64,000 bases of DNA, from NCBI GenBank assembly GCA_002726395.1, contig PBTA01000030.1, positions 29,877 to 93,876 of the forward strand, in the 5' to 3' direction. The notes under the pieces were generated by a model that saw only the letters and a list, made by a program, of their open reading frames with translations, searched no databases and was not told the DNA's origin. The position numbers and the translations under genes were made by a program. This DNA is from Methanobacteriota archaeon. GTDB taxonomy: Archaea > Thermoplasmatota > Poseidoniia > Poseidoniales > Poseidoniaceae. Below, one piece after another: positions 1 to 9,812 of the stretch (the stretch's first letter is position 1; each line of letters starts with the position of its first letter).

Positions 1-2367
1 GATGAACTAAATTCACACTTAGTAGATCTTGGTTGGCTGGCTAAACTAGAAACAGGAGAGCCGTGGTTAGTACAGATAATCCCATCCCCTGAAAGGCAAT
101 TTCCTGCTTCAAAAACAACTCTTGGTTTTTGGTCGGTGTCAATTCTCACCGCAACTTTGGCTGGAATGTTTTGGATAGATGGTTCTAGGCCTGAAGATGG
201 ATGGCTTTTTGAATCATTATTCCTCGATGCATTTGTTGGCTATACATTGCCAGTTTTTGCAATAATTATGTTAGCGTCTTTTGCTCAGAAATATCATGCG
301 CAAAAGCATGGTCTAAGAGTGGGTCACTTAACCCCAATACCAGAGCCATCTATCAGTTTATTCTCATTAGGGCTTATGTCAAAATCAATGTTAATTTGGC
401 CGTTTGGTATTCTGATAATACCGACACTCCCAAGAATGGATGCTAGGCCATGGAAAGATCGTGAATTACTAGGTTGGAGCGCCCTTATTGTTCCAAGTAT
501 TTTGATAATTTCTGGTATGGCTTTATGGATATTAGGATTGTTACTTACTCCTGATTTAGTAGCAGTTACCTCTATGCAATACGTTGCAGAGATGCCTTTG
601 TTAGTCAACTTATTGAGTCCAATAATCGCTGATGGTATTTCTGTAAAGATTGTTTGGGCTCACCCGTTATCTAAGGCTGGAGCAATGTTAAGTTTCTTTG
701 GTTGGGTATCCTTATTGCCTATTCCAACATTCCCTGGCGGGCGGTTGTTAATAGCTAGGACTAGCATGAATGAAGCAAGAAATTCGACCAATCAACTATT
801 TTTGTTTGCCGTAATACTTGCTTTTGCTTGGATGTTTAACGCATTTGGTAGTTTCAACATTTGGTTACCTGTTCTAGGGGTTGCATTTCCTCTCTTGTTA
901 TTTATGGGCTCAGACCGGAGGGTGCCAGTCATCCTCAATGAACCAAAAGGAATCGAGCTTGATAGTGTAAAAAAGATGGGTATGTATCTGTTTGTTATCT
1001 TTTTACTTGGCTTACCAAGTCAAATACCATTTGCCATGGATCAAGATTGGGATGAGGATATTGAATATCAATTTGATGACGATATCACTATATTGGAAGG
1101 TAATCAAACATGGTATGGTAATTTAGTGATTGATATTGTTAACCCATCATCGATTTCTCAAGACTGGCAACTAGACCTGGCTAGGATAGATGATATTGTG
1201 TCACCTGATTGGAATTTCACTTGGCAATGTAGTGATGATGACAGACCATCACTGTCAGGACTAGGTTGTGGAGACGTCATAAAACCGGGTATGAAATCTT
1301 CTGTTATACTTAATGTGACATGGAATTCCGCCAGTTACTCTCCTCATTTAGATGAGGTTTATTTGATCACATATATTGGCGATGAAGAGTATGTTTCAAT
1401 AATCGAACTAATACCAGACTTACCAATTTACCCCGGTGGTGATTGGTATCTAGATTATCGGTCAGATGAACTCAAGAGATGCATACAAGTATTTACTAAC
1501 ATAGATGGTTCTTACAATCTGACCTTCCCTAATTCGGCCAATGATTTTGATTTCCAAACCCGGATGTATTGGGTAGAAGGTAACCCTGGTTTATCAGCAG
1601 AAATCGACCATACCTCTGATGAAATTTGTATTAAGGGCCAAGATCCAGTGGTTCTGTTAAGATCGTATGTACTAGACGCTATATCACTAGACGATAATCT
1701 ATTTTACCCCAATCAACCAGAATTAAATCTACAACTTATTACTCCAGAAAATGGTACGTTAATTGATTCAACAGATGTAAGAGGATGGGGTTCTGAAATT
1801 TCTCCAGGTACTATACTCTCAGTATCGGAGTCTAATTGTAAATTAGCTAGCAAAGTCAGCACGCCGACAAAACCAGGCGATTCATCCCAATGGATTTGGA
1901 ATACTAATTACCGTAGTACTGCACTTATTCCATCGATACAAGATAATGATTCGATACTATTAGTAATCGAAGAAGGGAACAACATGACGATTTGCTCGGA
2001 CCAGTTGTATCCAGAACCATCCCTAGAAGTATCAGTCGAGTATGGTCCAGAATTGATTCTAGAAAGAAATGGTAATTTCTATCGGTTATGGACTTCTATT
2101 TGGGCATCTGCAGTAAACGGTCAACTATCTGGTAATAATCTTTCAGAATTTGTATTTCATAATCCAACTAACGAAACAATTGGAGTAAATATTGTACAGA
2201 CTACCTCTGGTAATGAATCTACAGATTGGGAAATAGTCAGTTCGACAAATTTACTTACACCAGGTGAAAACGAGTTTAAATTTACTCCACCAAACAGTGT
2301 CGTCTCTACATTATGGGTCGATTTTGAAGATGGAGAAGTTTACATCTATCTTGGTAGTTATTCGTGA
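1..2367 (+). CDS. Site-2 protease (M50)-like membrane protein with degenerate active site and large acidic C-terminal domain (5'-partial)
   Basis: Frame is open from position 1, so the gene starts upstream of the window. Multi-TM N-half with M50-like layout: LASFAQKYHAQKHGL at the HExxH position, HPLSKAG...GWVSLLPIPTFPGGR at the NxxPxxxxDGG position. About 440 aa hydrophilic beta-rich C-terminus. Confidence 0.65.
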   Translation, partial: DELNSHLVDLGWLAKLETGEPWLVQIIPSPERQFPASKTTLGFWSVSILTATLAGMFWIDGSRPEDGWLFESLFLDAFVGYTLPVFAIIMLASFAQKYHAQKHGLRVGHLTPIPEPSISLFSLGLMSKSMLIWPFGILIIPTLPRMDARPWKDRELLGWSALIVPSILIISGMALWILGLLLTPDLVAVTSMQYVAEMPLLVNLLSPIIADGISVKIVWAHPLSKAGAMLSFFGWVSLLPIPTFPGGRLLIARTSMNEARNSTNQLFLFAVILAFAWMFNAFGSFNIWLPVLGVAFPLLLFMGSDRRVPVILNEPKGIELDSVKKMGMYLFVIFLLGLPSQIPFAMDQDWDEDIEYQFDDDITILEGNQTWYGNLVIDIVNPSSISQDWQLDLARIDDIVSPDWNFTWQCSDDDRPSLSGLGCGDVIKPGMKSSVILNVTWNSASYSPHLDEVYLITYIGDEEYVSIIELIPDLPIYPGGDWYLDYRSDELKRCIQVFTNIDGSYNLTFPNSANDFDFQTRMYWVEGNPGLSAEIDHTSDEICIKGQDPVVLLRSYVLDAISLDDNLFYPNQPELNLQLITPENGTLIDSTDVRGWGSEISPGTILSVSESNCKLASKVSTPTKPGDSSQWIWNTNYRSTALIPSIQDNDSILLVIEEGNNMTICSDQLYPEPSLEVSVEYGPELILERNGNFYRLWTSIWASAVNGQLSGNNLSEFVFHNPTNETIGVNIVQTTSGNESTDWEIVSSTNLLTPGENEFKFTPPNSVVSTLWVDFEDGEVYIYLGSYS

Positions 2368-3311
2368 GTGGTAATATGAAAATAGCAATTTTAGGTGCAG
2401 GTTCAATTGGTAGCCTAATTGCTGCGAAATTGGCAAGTTCTAAACTTGCCCAAGTACTTGTACATGCCCGGGGTGAACACGCTGCAAAGTTGGCGTTAGA
2501 CGGGATTACGATAACTGGGCATCAAGAACTGAAAATTTCTCCAGATGCTTATGAAATATCTATTGCCGATGTGATGGTGAATGATATTTTTGACGGTGCA
2601 GCAGATTATGTTTTGATATGTAGTAAAGCCAACCAAGTTGAGAAGTTATTTGAAATCGCTAAGCGAATGTGCCACATAGACACAAAAGTTCTGGTGCTGA
2701 GTAATGGTCTTGGTCATGTTGAAAAATGTAAGGGCACTTTTGGACCACATCGTACCATCGCAGCCACTACTACACACGGCGCTTGGCGTCCTAGTCCAGG
2801 GGTAGTAAATTGGGCAGGAATTGGAGCCATTAATTTAGGAGAGTTGCCATTTGGGGCTAACTTGACAGAGATTCAGGATTTTGTAGATTTATTGGAACAG
2901 TCAGGTTTGAATCCAAATTTACAACCTGATGGTATGGCTATGATTTGGTCTAAAATATTGCTAAATATTGCGATTAATCCAATCGCTGCGATTACCGGAC
3001 TTAGCAATGGTGCATTACTTGAGAATGAGATGTTTGAGACCTGTGTTGAAGTAATGTTAGAAGGCGCTAAAATCTCAAGATTAGAAGGCATTACAACACT
3101 TGATGATGCAACCTTGATTGATAATCTTAGAGTTGTTTTACAAGCAACATCAAACAATCAATGCAGTATGTTGCAGGATGTACGGCAAGGAAGAGACACT
3201 GAAATTCAATTTCTCAACCGACAGATTGTTGATAGGGCAGAGAAATATGGTGTTTCAACTCCGTTGAACCAATTATTGAGCCAATTGGTAGAATCGATAA
3301 CATCATACTAA
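2364..3311 (+). CDS. panE: 2-dehydropantoate 2-reductase (ketopantoate reductase)
   Basis: KIAILGAGSIG Rossmann motif, LSNGLG, WSKILLNIAINPI, SMLQDV..GRDTEI.FLN. Confidence 0.92.
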   Translation: MSGNMKIAILGAGSIGSLIAAKLASSKLAQVLVHARGEHAAKLALDGITITGHQELKISPDAYEISIADVMVNDIFDGAADYVLICSKANQVEKLFEIAKRMCHIDTKVLVLSNGLGHVEKCKGTFGPHRTIAATTTHGAWRPSPGVVNWAGIGAINLGELPFGANLTEIQDFVDLLEQSGLNPNLQPDGMAMIWSKILLNIAINPIAAITGLSNGALLENEMFETCVEVMLEGAKISRLEGITTLDDATLIDNLRVVLQATSNNQCSMLQDVRQGRDTEIQFLNRQIVDRAEKYGVSTPLNQLLSQLVESITSY

Positions 3312-4931
3312 CTCTGTGTTGTAGTGAAGGCCCCGGTTTTCCTTTCTGCCAATGGCATCATTGGTTACTAAAATGGCTACTTGAATTAAATTACGTAATT
3401 CAATTATCTCTCTAGATGGGAGTGATGATTTCCAGATCATGTCGATTTCTTGGTTTAGCAGATGTAATCTTCTTGATGCACGATTTAATCGCTTAAAATT
3501 CCTGACAATTCCGACTTCTGTTGACATTGTATCTCTTAGCATTGTTAAATCATTGATGATTGGTGCATGTTCCTTAAGCTCATTTAATCCATCTGCACGC
3601 CAATCAGGCAAGGCTTTTCGTGTTCCTTTTGGATTATTTTCGATTATGTGATTGGCGGTGTTTTTAGCAAATACAACCGCTTCAAGCAGGCTATTTGATG
3701 CCAATCGATTGGCTCCATGCATTCCTGTACAAGCGACTTCGCCGATGGCATAGAGGTTGGGCAGTGGTGATTTTTTATTCCTTAATTTTGGTCTTCCATC
3801 ACGGTCAACATCCAATCCACCTACAATGTAATGTGCAGCAGGCGATATTGGTAAATTATCAATACCAAGTCGTAGATTATATTTGTCAAGATGGCTTTGC
3901 ATGTTTGGAAATGACTCTTCAAGCATTGCCTTGTCTAAATGTGAGGTTATTAGATAGACATTTTGTTCACCGGTTTTTTTGAGATTATTATCAATTGCTC
4001 TGGCAACTATATCTCGAGTTGCCATCGAACCTAATTTAGAGAATTCAAGGGTGAATGAATAATTGCTTGGCGCTGGCACTTCTTGTCCAAGTTCTCTAGC
4101 GGTTTGGCAATCATTTTGCCACATTGCTAATCCTTGTTTATCGAGAATTACTCCTCCTTCACCCCTTAGTGCTTCGGTTATCAGGAAAGGGCGGTCATTT
4201 TTGACTGTTAGAGCAGTAGGGTGAAATTGAATAAAAGCCATGTCTTTCACCGCTGCTCCACACCGATAAGCCATCGCTACGCCGTCTCCAGTTGCAACTC
4301 CTGGATTAGTTGTTTTCGACCATAATTGGCCAACTCCACCTGTCGCTATTATGACACTATCAGAATTAACGGTAATTACTTCACTAGATTTTTGATCTAA
4401 ACACCAAACTCCACACACTCCCTGTTCTGGGTTGCCATAATCTCGTTGAATCAAATCTATTGCCAGAGTGTTTCGCATCAATGAAATATTGTTGTGATTC
4501 TTTGCAGCTTCGCTCAAAGCTCGTTCAATCTCTCGGCCTGTTGCATCTTTAGCATGTAAAATCCTACGTTCAGCATGACCTCCTTCCTTGGCTAATTTAA
4601 ACTCACCATGCTGATTTTTTTCAAATTTAACTCCTATGTTTACAAGCTCAAATATGCACTCAGCAGCTCCTTCTATAACTTCTCGAACCATTTCCTCATT
4701 GCATAATCCATCTCCGGATTTTAAGGTATCTTCAATATGAGATTCTTTGGCTCCAATATCTGTTTTATCTAATATTCCAGCAATCCCACCTTGAGCCCAA
4801 TTAGTTGATGAGTCTTTGAGTCGTTGTTTGGTGATAACTGTGACATTATGTCCAGCATTAGCTAATTTGAGTGCTGAAAACAATCCAGCAATTCCACTGC
4901 CGATAATCGCAATGTTTGACATGGTAGGCAA
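3303..4931 (-). CDS. nadB: L-aspartate oxidase
   Basis: IIGSGIAG, STNWAQGGI, EGGH..RRILHA.DATG, QFHPT, LITEALRGEG, TGMHGANRLASNSLLE, ENRGLHY. Probable start ATG 4922. Confidence 0.95.
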   Translation of the reverse strand: MPTMSNIAIIGSGIAGLFSALKLANAGHNVTVITKQRLKDSSTNWAQGGIAGILDKTDIGAKESHIEDTLKSGDGLCNEEMVREVIEGAAECIFELVNIGVKFEKNQHGEFKLAKEGGHAERRILHAKDATGREIERALSEAAKNHNNISLMRNTLAIDLIQRDYGNPEQGVCGVWCLDQKSSEVITVNSDSVIIATGGVGQLWSKTTNPGVATGDGVAMAYRCGAAVKDMAFIQFHPTALTVKNDRPFLITEALRGEGGVILDKQGLAMWQNDCQTARELGQEVPAPSNYSFTLEFSKLGSMATRDIVARAIDNNLKKTGEQNVYLITSHLDKAMLEESFPNMQSHLDKYNLRLGIDNLPISPAAHYIVGGLDVDRDGRPKLRNKKSPLPNLYAIGEVACTGMHGANRLASNSLLEAVVFAKNTANHIIENNPKGTRKALPDWRADGLNELKEHAPIINDLTMLRDTMSTEVGIVRNFKRLNRASRRLHLLNQEIDMIWKSSLPSREIIELRNLIQVAILVTNDAIGRKENRGLHYNTELV

Positions 4932-4992
4932 ACTTACCGAAATGATACTTCCTTTTCAAGTGTTTGAGCGATAGACATATCAAACGAATTCA

Positions 4993-5781
4993 ATGTGGGC
5001 AACCATGGGCAGCCTAAGGCGCAATCTCGCGACCATCATTGGCCTCTCTATGGTCGTATTTGTCATTGCAAATGTACAATTTGGCATGGTTGCTCCACAA
5101 ATTATTGAAGGTGCAGATACTTCAAAGGTTGACGTACTCAAAATGCTTGAACCTCATTGTGCAATTTCCGAAATTGAATCAGAATTAGCTGAAGGAAATG
5201 ATAGTTTTTGTCTAGCAGATGCTGGAGAATGGAACGGGGCAGATTTACTTCTGTTAGCCGAGGGAGTATTCATGGTGTTTGTGGGTAGATTCAAATTTCC
5301 CCAACAAGGGAGATGGGCAAAACGACTTAGAAGGCTGGCATTTATTGGCGGGTGTTCACTATTTGGTCTCGCGATATTAGATCGATTAGAAGTTTTACCG
5401 AGGTCTGTAGGCTCTAAAGGGATTGCTGAATTAATACCATTAGATGTCTCGCCATTATTTGTTCAACTAGGAATGGCGATAGTGGGGGCATTCATGATGC
5501 GTGGTCCTAAGCATTGGGAGGCTGAAGCAGTTGATTTGACCAATAAACGGTTAGAAAGTCGACGTGCAGTAGCAGATAAATTCCGTTCTAAGTATGGCAC
5601 TATTGCTAAGCCATTGCCCGAATTACACGGGAAACAACAACGTGTTGCCCGCTCGCCATTAATGCACAGAGATTCAAAATTAGCAATGCAACGTTCGACA
5701 AACTCTGTCAAGGTTAAGGCAACATGTCCTTATTGCGAAGGTGCAGGTTGTAAAACATGTAATTTTTCTGGTAATATTTAG
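4993..5781 (+). CDS. Hypothetical membrane protein (about 4 TM) with C-terminal Cys4 zinc knuckle
   Basis: Several hydrophobic helices, basic linker, terminal CPYCEGAGCKTCNFSG. Confidence 0.6.
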   Translation: MWATMGSLRRNLATIIGLSMVVFVIANVQFGMVAPQIIEGADTSKVDVLKMLEPHCAISEIESELAEGNDSFCLADAGEWNGADLLLLAEGVFMVFVGRFKFPQQGRWAKRLRRLAFIGGCSLFGLAILDRLEVLPRSVGSKGIAELIPLDVSPLFVQLGMAIVGAFMMRGPKHWEAEAVDLTNKRLESRRAVADKFRSKYGTIAKPLPELHGKQQRVARSPLMHRDSKLAMQRSTNSVKVKATCPYCEGAGCKTCNFSGNI

Positions 5782-5906
5782 TCCTACACGGGTAAATTTG
5801 ACAACTAGTAAAAACGCAGTATTGAATACTCAACACTAGTATACTTTAAGACCTTTAGAAGTCCGCTCTAGAGAATAAGGTCGGAGTTTATTTTCCGCTT
5901 GAGGGA

Positions 5907-8900
5907 TTGGGTATGTATCTAAAAGCACTTGAAGTTTCAAATTTCAAATCATTCAAAGGAGAGGTAACGATACCTCTAGAGAGGGGGTTTACAGCAATTA
6001 CCGGGCCAAATGGTTCAGGTAAATCGAATTGTGGAGACGCAATTCAATTCGTATTAGGTCCTAGGTCTAACAAAACAATTCGTGCTCAAAATTCCAAAGA
6101 TTTGATTTTCAACGGAGGAAATAACAACAAACCAGCAAGATCCTGTAATGTTACTTTGGTATTTGCCAATCCGACACTGGATAATGGCCGCAGGAGGCTT
6201 CCAGTCAATCTAGATGAGGTCAGAATGTCTCGTTCGATTAGACTAACTAAAAGCGGTAATGTCGTCACCAACTATCACCTAAATGATGAGGAAAGTTCAC
6301 AAAAGTCGTTCCATCGTATCCTTGGTGCAGCAAATGCTAGACCTGACGGATATAACATTGTCTTGCAAGGAGATGTTACAAGTTTAGCAAAAATGACGGC
6401 TAAAGAACGTCGAAAGGTATTGGATAGTGTTGCTGGAGTCACATTGTATGATGATGAGATAAGAAAGGCAGACCGTCAAAAACAAAGTGTCGAAGATTAT
6501 ATTGAAAGAATCAAACTCCTAGAGGACGGCCAAAAATCAAGGCTTAAAGATCTCAAGAAACAAAAAGATCTCGCAATGAAAGTAAAAGACTTGGTGGAAG
6601 AATTAAATCAATCAAGAATTATCGCATACCAAGCAAACTATGCAAGTCAGTTGGCAGAAAAGCAATATCAAGTCGATGAACAAGCTAGGTATTTACAAGA
6701 AGCAAATGACCTAGATTTACAGGTTAAAGAAGGGTCGAAAAAGCTACTTTCTTTAGATGACCAAGTCGGTGAATTACAGAGGCAAATAGAGGAATTAACC
6801 GGTGGAGAGAACAAAGGCCTCAATAAATTAATTTTTGATTTACATTTGAAAATCGATACTAATAAAGATCGAATCTCTGACGCAGAAAGTAAAGACTTAG
6901 ATGACAAAAATGAAGTCATGGTTCTAAATGAGCAATTAGAAAATGCCGCATCTGCGTTAGAAGAGTTCATCCGAACCTTAGATTCAGCACAGACGGACCT
7001 TGAAACTTCCAAATCATCTCTAAAAGAAGCAAAATCAGAAGAATTAGCAGTGCAAGAAATAATGGAATCATCCGGAGACGAGAGTGCAAAGTTTTCCCAA
7101 CATTTGACTAAACTTCTTGGGGAATTAGGGTTAGCAAATGAAACTCTAAATGCTGCACAAACTGAGGTAAACCGTACTGCTGCCCAAGCAGAAATAATCT
7201 CAGAGCAATTATCTAATGCGCAGCAAGAATCAGAAGAGAACCGATTACTACTTGGTGAATTAGAATTACAAGGCGAAGAATTTACCGGGCCAAATTCCAC
7301 AGTAGACCGAAATAAGTTGTCAACCGATTTGATAACTGCTCAAAGGAGTGAAGGCAAATTAGTTGAGGAATCTCAATTGATAGAAAACAAACTTAGAGAA
7401 TCGGAAAGAAAGCGAGAAAGGTTACGCGCTGAAATGGAAACCTCCTCCGGCGCTAAAGGAATGGCAGGAGGGGCTGCGGCAATTATTGCAGCTCGAGATA
7501 ATGGTGAACTTACTGGTATTATTGGGAGTATTGCTGAATTATGTGCACCTGTAGATTCATCTCATGACAGCGCCTTAGCCACAGCAATAGGCGGGGGTAT
7601 GACTTCGATTATTGTGGAAAGTGATGAAGTTGCAGCAAGAGCAATAAAATGGTTGGCTGAAAGAAGAGCTGGAAGGGCAACCTTCTTGCCACTCAACAAG
7701 CTAAACAGCAACAGAACTGCAGGAAAAGCATTGATGGTTTCTAAGAAGCCCGGAGTAATTGGTTTTGCTCATGAATTATTAGATTATGATCCCAAAATAG
7801 ATATTGCGATTAAATTTGTGCTAAGGAATACGCTGATTGTAGATTCGTTATCTACGGCTAGAAGTAACATGGGAGGCGTTAGGCTAGTTACTCTGCGTGG
7901 TGATGTGACTGAAGCTGGTGGAGCTATGGTTGGAGGTTCTAAACGCAAAATGTCCGTATCATTTGGTGGTGGCATAAAAGGTGCCACTGAAGTAGAAAAA
8001 CTATCTTCTGAAATTAGTAAATTACAACTTATGTCCGAAACTGTCAATGCGGCATTATTGGAGGCTAGAAGGGAACAACAAAGGCTACGTACCAAAATCA
8101 ACGAGTTGACTGATAGTGATCATGCTGTAAAATTGCAAGAATGGCGGGCTGAATTAAAGCAAGCCAAAACAGTCTACAATAAATCATTAGGTGAAATCAC
8201 TACAATTGAAAAGAAGCTATTAGACCTTGAAGGATTAGCATCAGGCCATATAGATGAATTAGATGATGCTCAATCTGTAGTTGCAGATTTGGAATCCGCA
8301 ATATTAGCGGCCAGGGCCCAACTTGAATCTGCAAGTCCAGAACATCTCAAAGATAGAATGCATGCTGCAGAAATTAAACGTCTTGATGCAGAAGGTACAA
8401 TGTCCAAGGCCCTAGCTGCGTTAGAGAGCGGTTCTGAGCACAAAGATTTGCTAAACCAGAGAGTCCAAGACTTGGAGTCAAGAATCAGGTCTATCGATAA
8501 GGCAATTATAGAGAGAAGCGAAATGATTGATACTTTACAAGCAGCAATTGCCACGGATTCTATCGACCTAAAAGATAAGGAAGAAGAAAGAACTCAACTA
8601 CTTGAAGAGAACAAAGGTCTTGAGGATGAAAGAATAGAACTCGTCGATGAGAGGGCTAGCCTAAGGACAGAGTTGCAGCAGAAATCTACTGATTCGCAAT
8701 CACGCCGAAGATTAAGTGATGAACTTTCAAGGTCTATTGTCAATAAAGATATGGCCATTAATGAACTATATTCTGAAATGCAAAGCAATGGAGTAGAACC
8801 TGCTGAATTAGATGTTACGTTGCCCTCAGTTGGAGATGCTGATAAGAAGGTTAGGACACTTGAAAGAGCCATGGAACGTCACGGTCCAGTAAATATGCTT

Positions 8901-9797
8901 GCTATAGAACAGTATGCTGAGTGCGAGGAACGGCTAAATTCAATGAAGGATGAATTTAAGCAGTTGCAAGCCAGAAAAGCAAACCTTGTCGACATCACAG
9001 AGAAATTAGAAAGCCAAAGAAAGTCAAAGTTGATTAAAGTATTAGATAAAGTAAATGAAAATTTCAAGAACTCGTACAAGATTTTGAGCGATGGTGGAAA
9101 GGGTGAACTGTATTTAGAAAACCCTGAGGAACCATTCAAGGCAGGTCTCGAATTATGGGCTAAGCCAAAGGGTAAATCGTCTAAGGTTAACCGTTTACAA
9201 TTGTCTGGTGGAGAACAATCAATGGCTGCTTTAGCGTTGATTTTTGCCATTCAAGATTATGACCCAAGTCCGTTTTACTACTTTGATGAAGTTGACCAAA
9301 ATCTGGATGCGGTAAATGCAGAATTGATTGCTAAGATGTGTCGGCAGAGAAGTAAGAAAGCTCAATTCATTATGGTCACCTTGAGAAAGGTATCATTGAG
9401 GCTTGCAGACCATCATATTGGAATTACTCATGGTGGAGACGGCTGCAGTAGAAGAATTGTCGACTTTGATCGTGACAGAGCCATTGAATTGAGCGAAATT
9501 GAATCTGCCAAGGACAATCCACTCGATGAAAGGATCAATGCAATAAAGCTTGAAAAACAACTTGAAGCAGATTCTGACATGCCAACTGTTCCAGAACCGT
9601 TGCCACCACCTAGTAGCCTAGGTGGATTGTTAAACTATACTGAAGATGATGACATTGAAGACTCCTCAATCTCGAGTCTTGCGGATAGGGCTAGTGAACT
9701 GACTGAGGATATTGAAGAACGGCAAGAATTAGTTGAAGCGATTGAAGCAATTAATGAAGAATTAGCAAAAGAAGATGACTTGGAAGTTAAAGAATAA
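5907..9797 (+). CDS. smc: Chromosome segregation protein SMC
   Basis: GPNGSGKSN Walker A, IVLQGD Q-loop, coiled coils, hinge GRATFLPL, LSGGE signature, FDEVDQNLD Walker B/D-loop. Probable start ATG 5913. Confidence 0.97.
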   Translation: MGMYLKALEVSNFKSFKGEVTIPLERGFTAITGPNGSGKSNCGDAIQFVLGPRSNKTIRAQNSKDLIFNGGNNNKPARSCNVTLVFANPTLDNGRRRLPVNLDEVRMSRSIRLTKSGNVVTNYHLNDEESSQKSFHRILGAANARPDGYNIVLQGDVTSLAKMTAKERRKVLDSVAGVTLYDDEIRKADRQKQSVEDYIERIKLLEDGQKSRLKDLKKQKDLAMKVKDLVEELNQSRIIAYQANYASQLAEKQYQVDEQARYLQEANDLDLQVKEGSKKLLSLDDQVGELQRQIEELTGGENKGLNKLIFDLHLKIDTNKDRISDAESKDLDDKNEVMVLNEQLENAASALEEFIRTLDSAQTDLETSKSSLKEAKSEELAVQEIMESSGDESAKFSQHLTKLLGELGLANETLNAAQTEVNRTAAQAEIISEQLSNAQQESEENRLLLGELELQGEEFTGPNSTVDRNKLSTDLITAQRSEGKLVEESQLIENKLRESERKRERLRAEMETSSGAKGMAGGAAAIIAARDNGELTGIIGSIAELCAPVDSSHDSALATAIGGGMTSIIVESDEVAARAIKWLAERRAGRATFLPLNKLNSNRTAGKALMVSKKPGVIGFAHELLDYDPKIDIAIKFVLRNTLIVDSLSTARSNMGGVRLVTLRGDVTEAGGAMVGGSKRKMSVSFGGGIKGATEVEKLSSEISKLQLMSETVNAALLEARREQQRLRTKINELTDSDHAVKLQEWRAELKQAKTVYNKSLGEITTIEKKLLDLEGLASGHIDELDDAQSVVADLESAILAARAQLESASPEHLKDRMHAAEIKRLDAEGTMSKALAALESGSEHKDLLNQRVQDLESRIRSIDKAIIERSEMIDTLQAAIATDSIDLKDKEEERTQLLEENKGLEDERIELVDERASLRTELQQKSTDSQSRRRLSDELSRSIVNKDMAINELYSEMQSNGVEPAELDVTLPSVGDADKKVRTLERAMERHGPVNMLAIEQYAECEERLNSMKDEFKQLQARKANLVDITEKLESQRKSKLIKVLDKVNENFKNSYKILSDGGKGELYLENPEEPFKAGLELWAKPKGKSSKVNRLQLSGGEQSMAALALIFAIQDYDPSPFYYFDEVDQNLDAVNAELIAKMCRQRSKKAQFIMVTLRKVSLRLADHHIGITHGGDGCSRRIVDFDRDRAIELSEIESAKDNPLDERINAIKLEKQLEADSDMPTVPEPLPPPSSLGGLLNYTEDDDIEDSSISSLADRASELTEDIEERQELVEAIEAINEELAKEDDLEVKE

Positions 9798-9812
9798 TCG
9801 TGAGGTGAGGGC

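Noticed and set aside
6668..7300. 210-aa antisense ORF inside smc, and the many similar short antisense ORFs in the track
   Set aside because: Ser/Phe/Leu-rich shadow frames of Glu/Lys-rich genes, with no independent evidence
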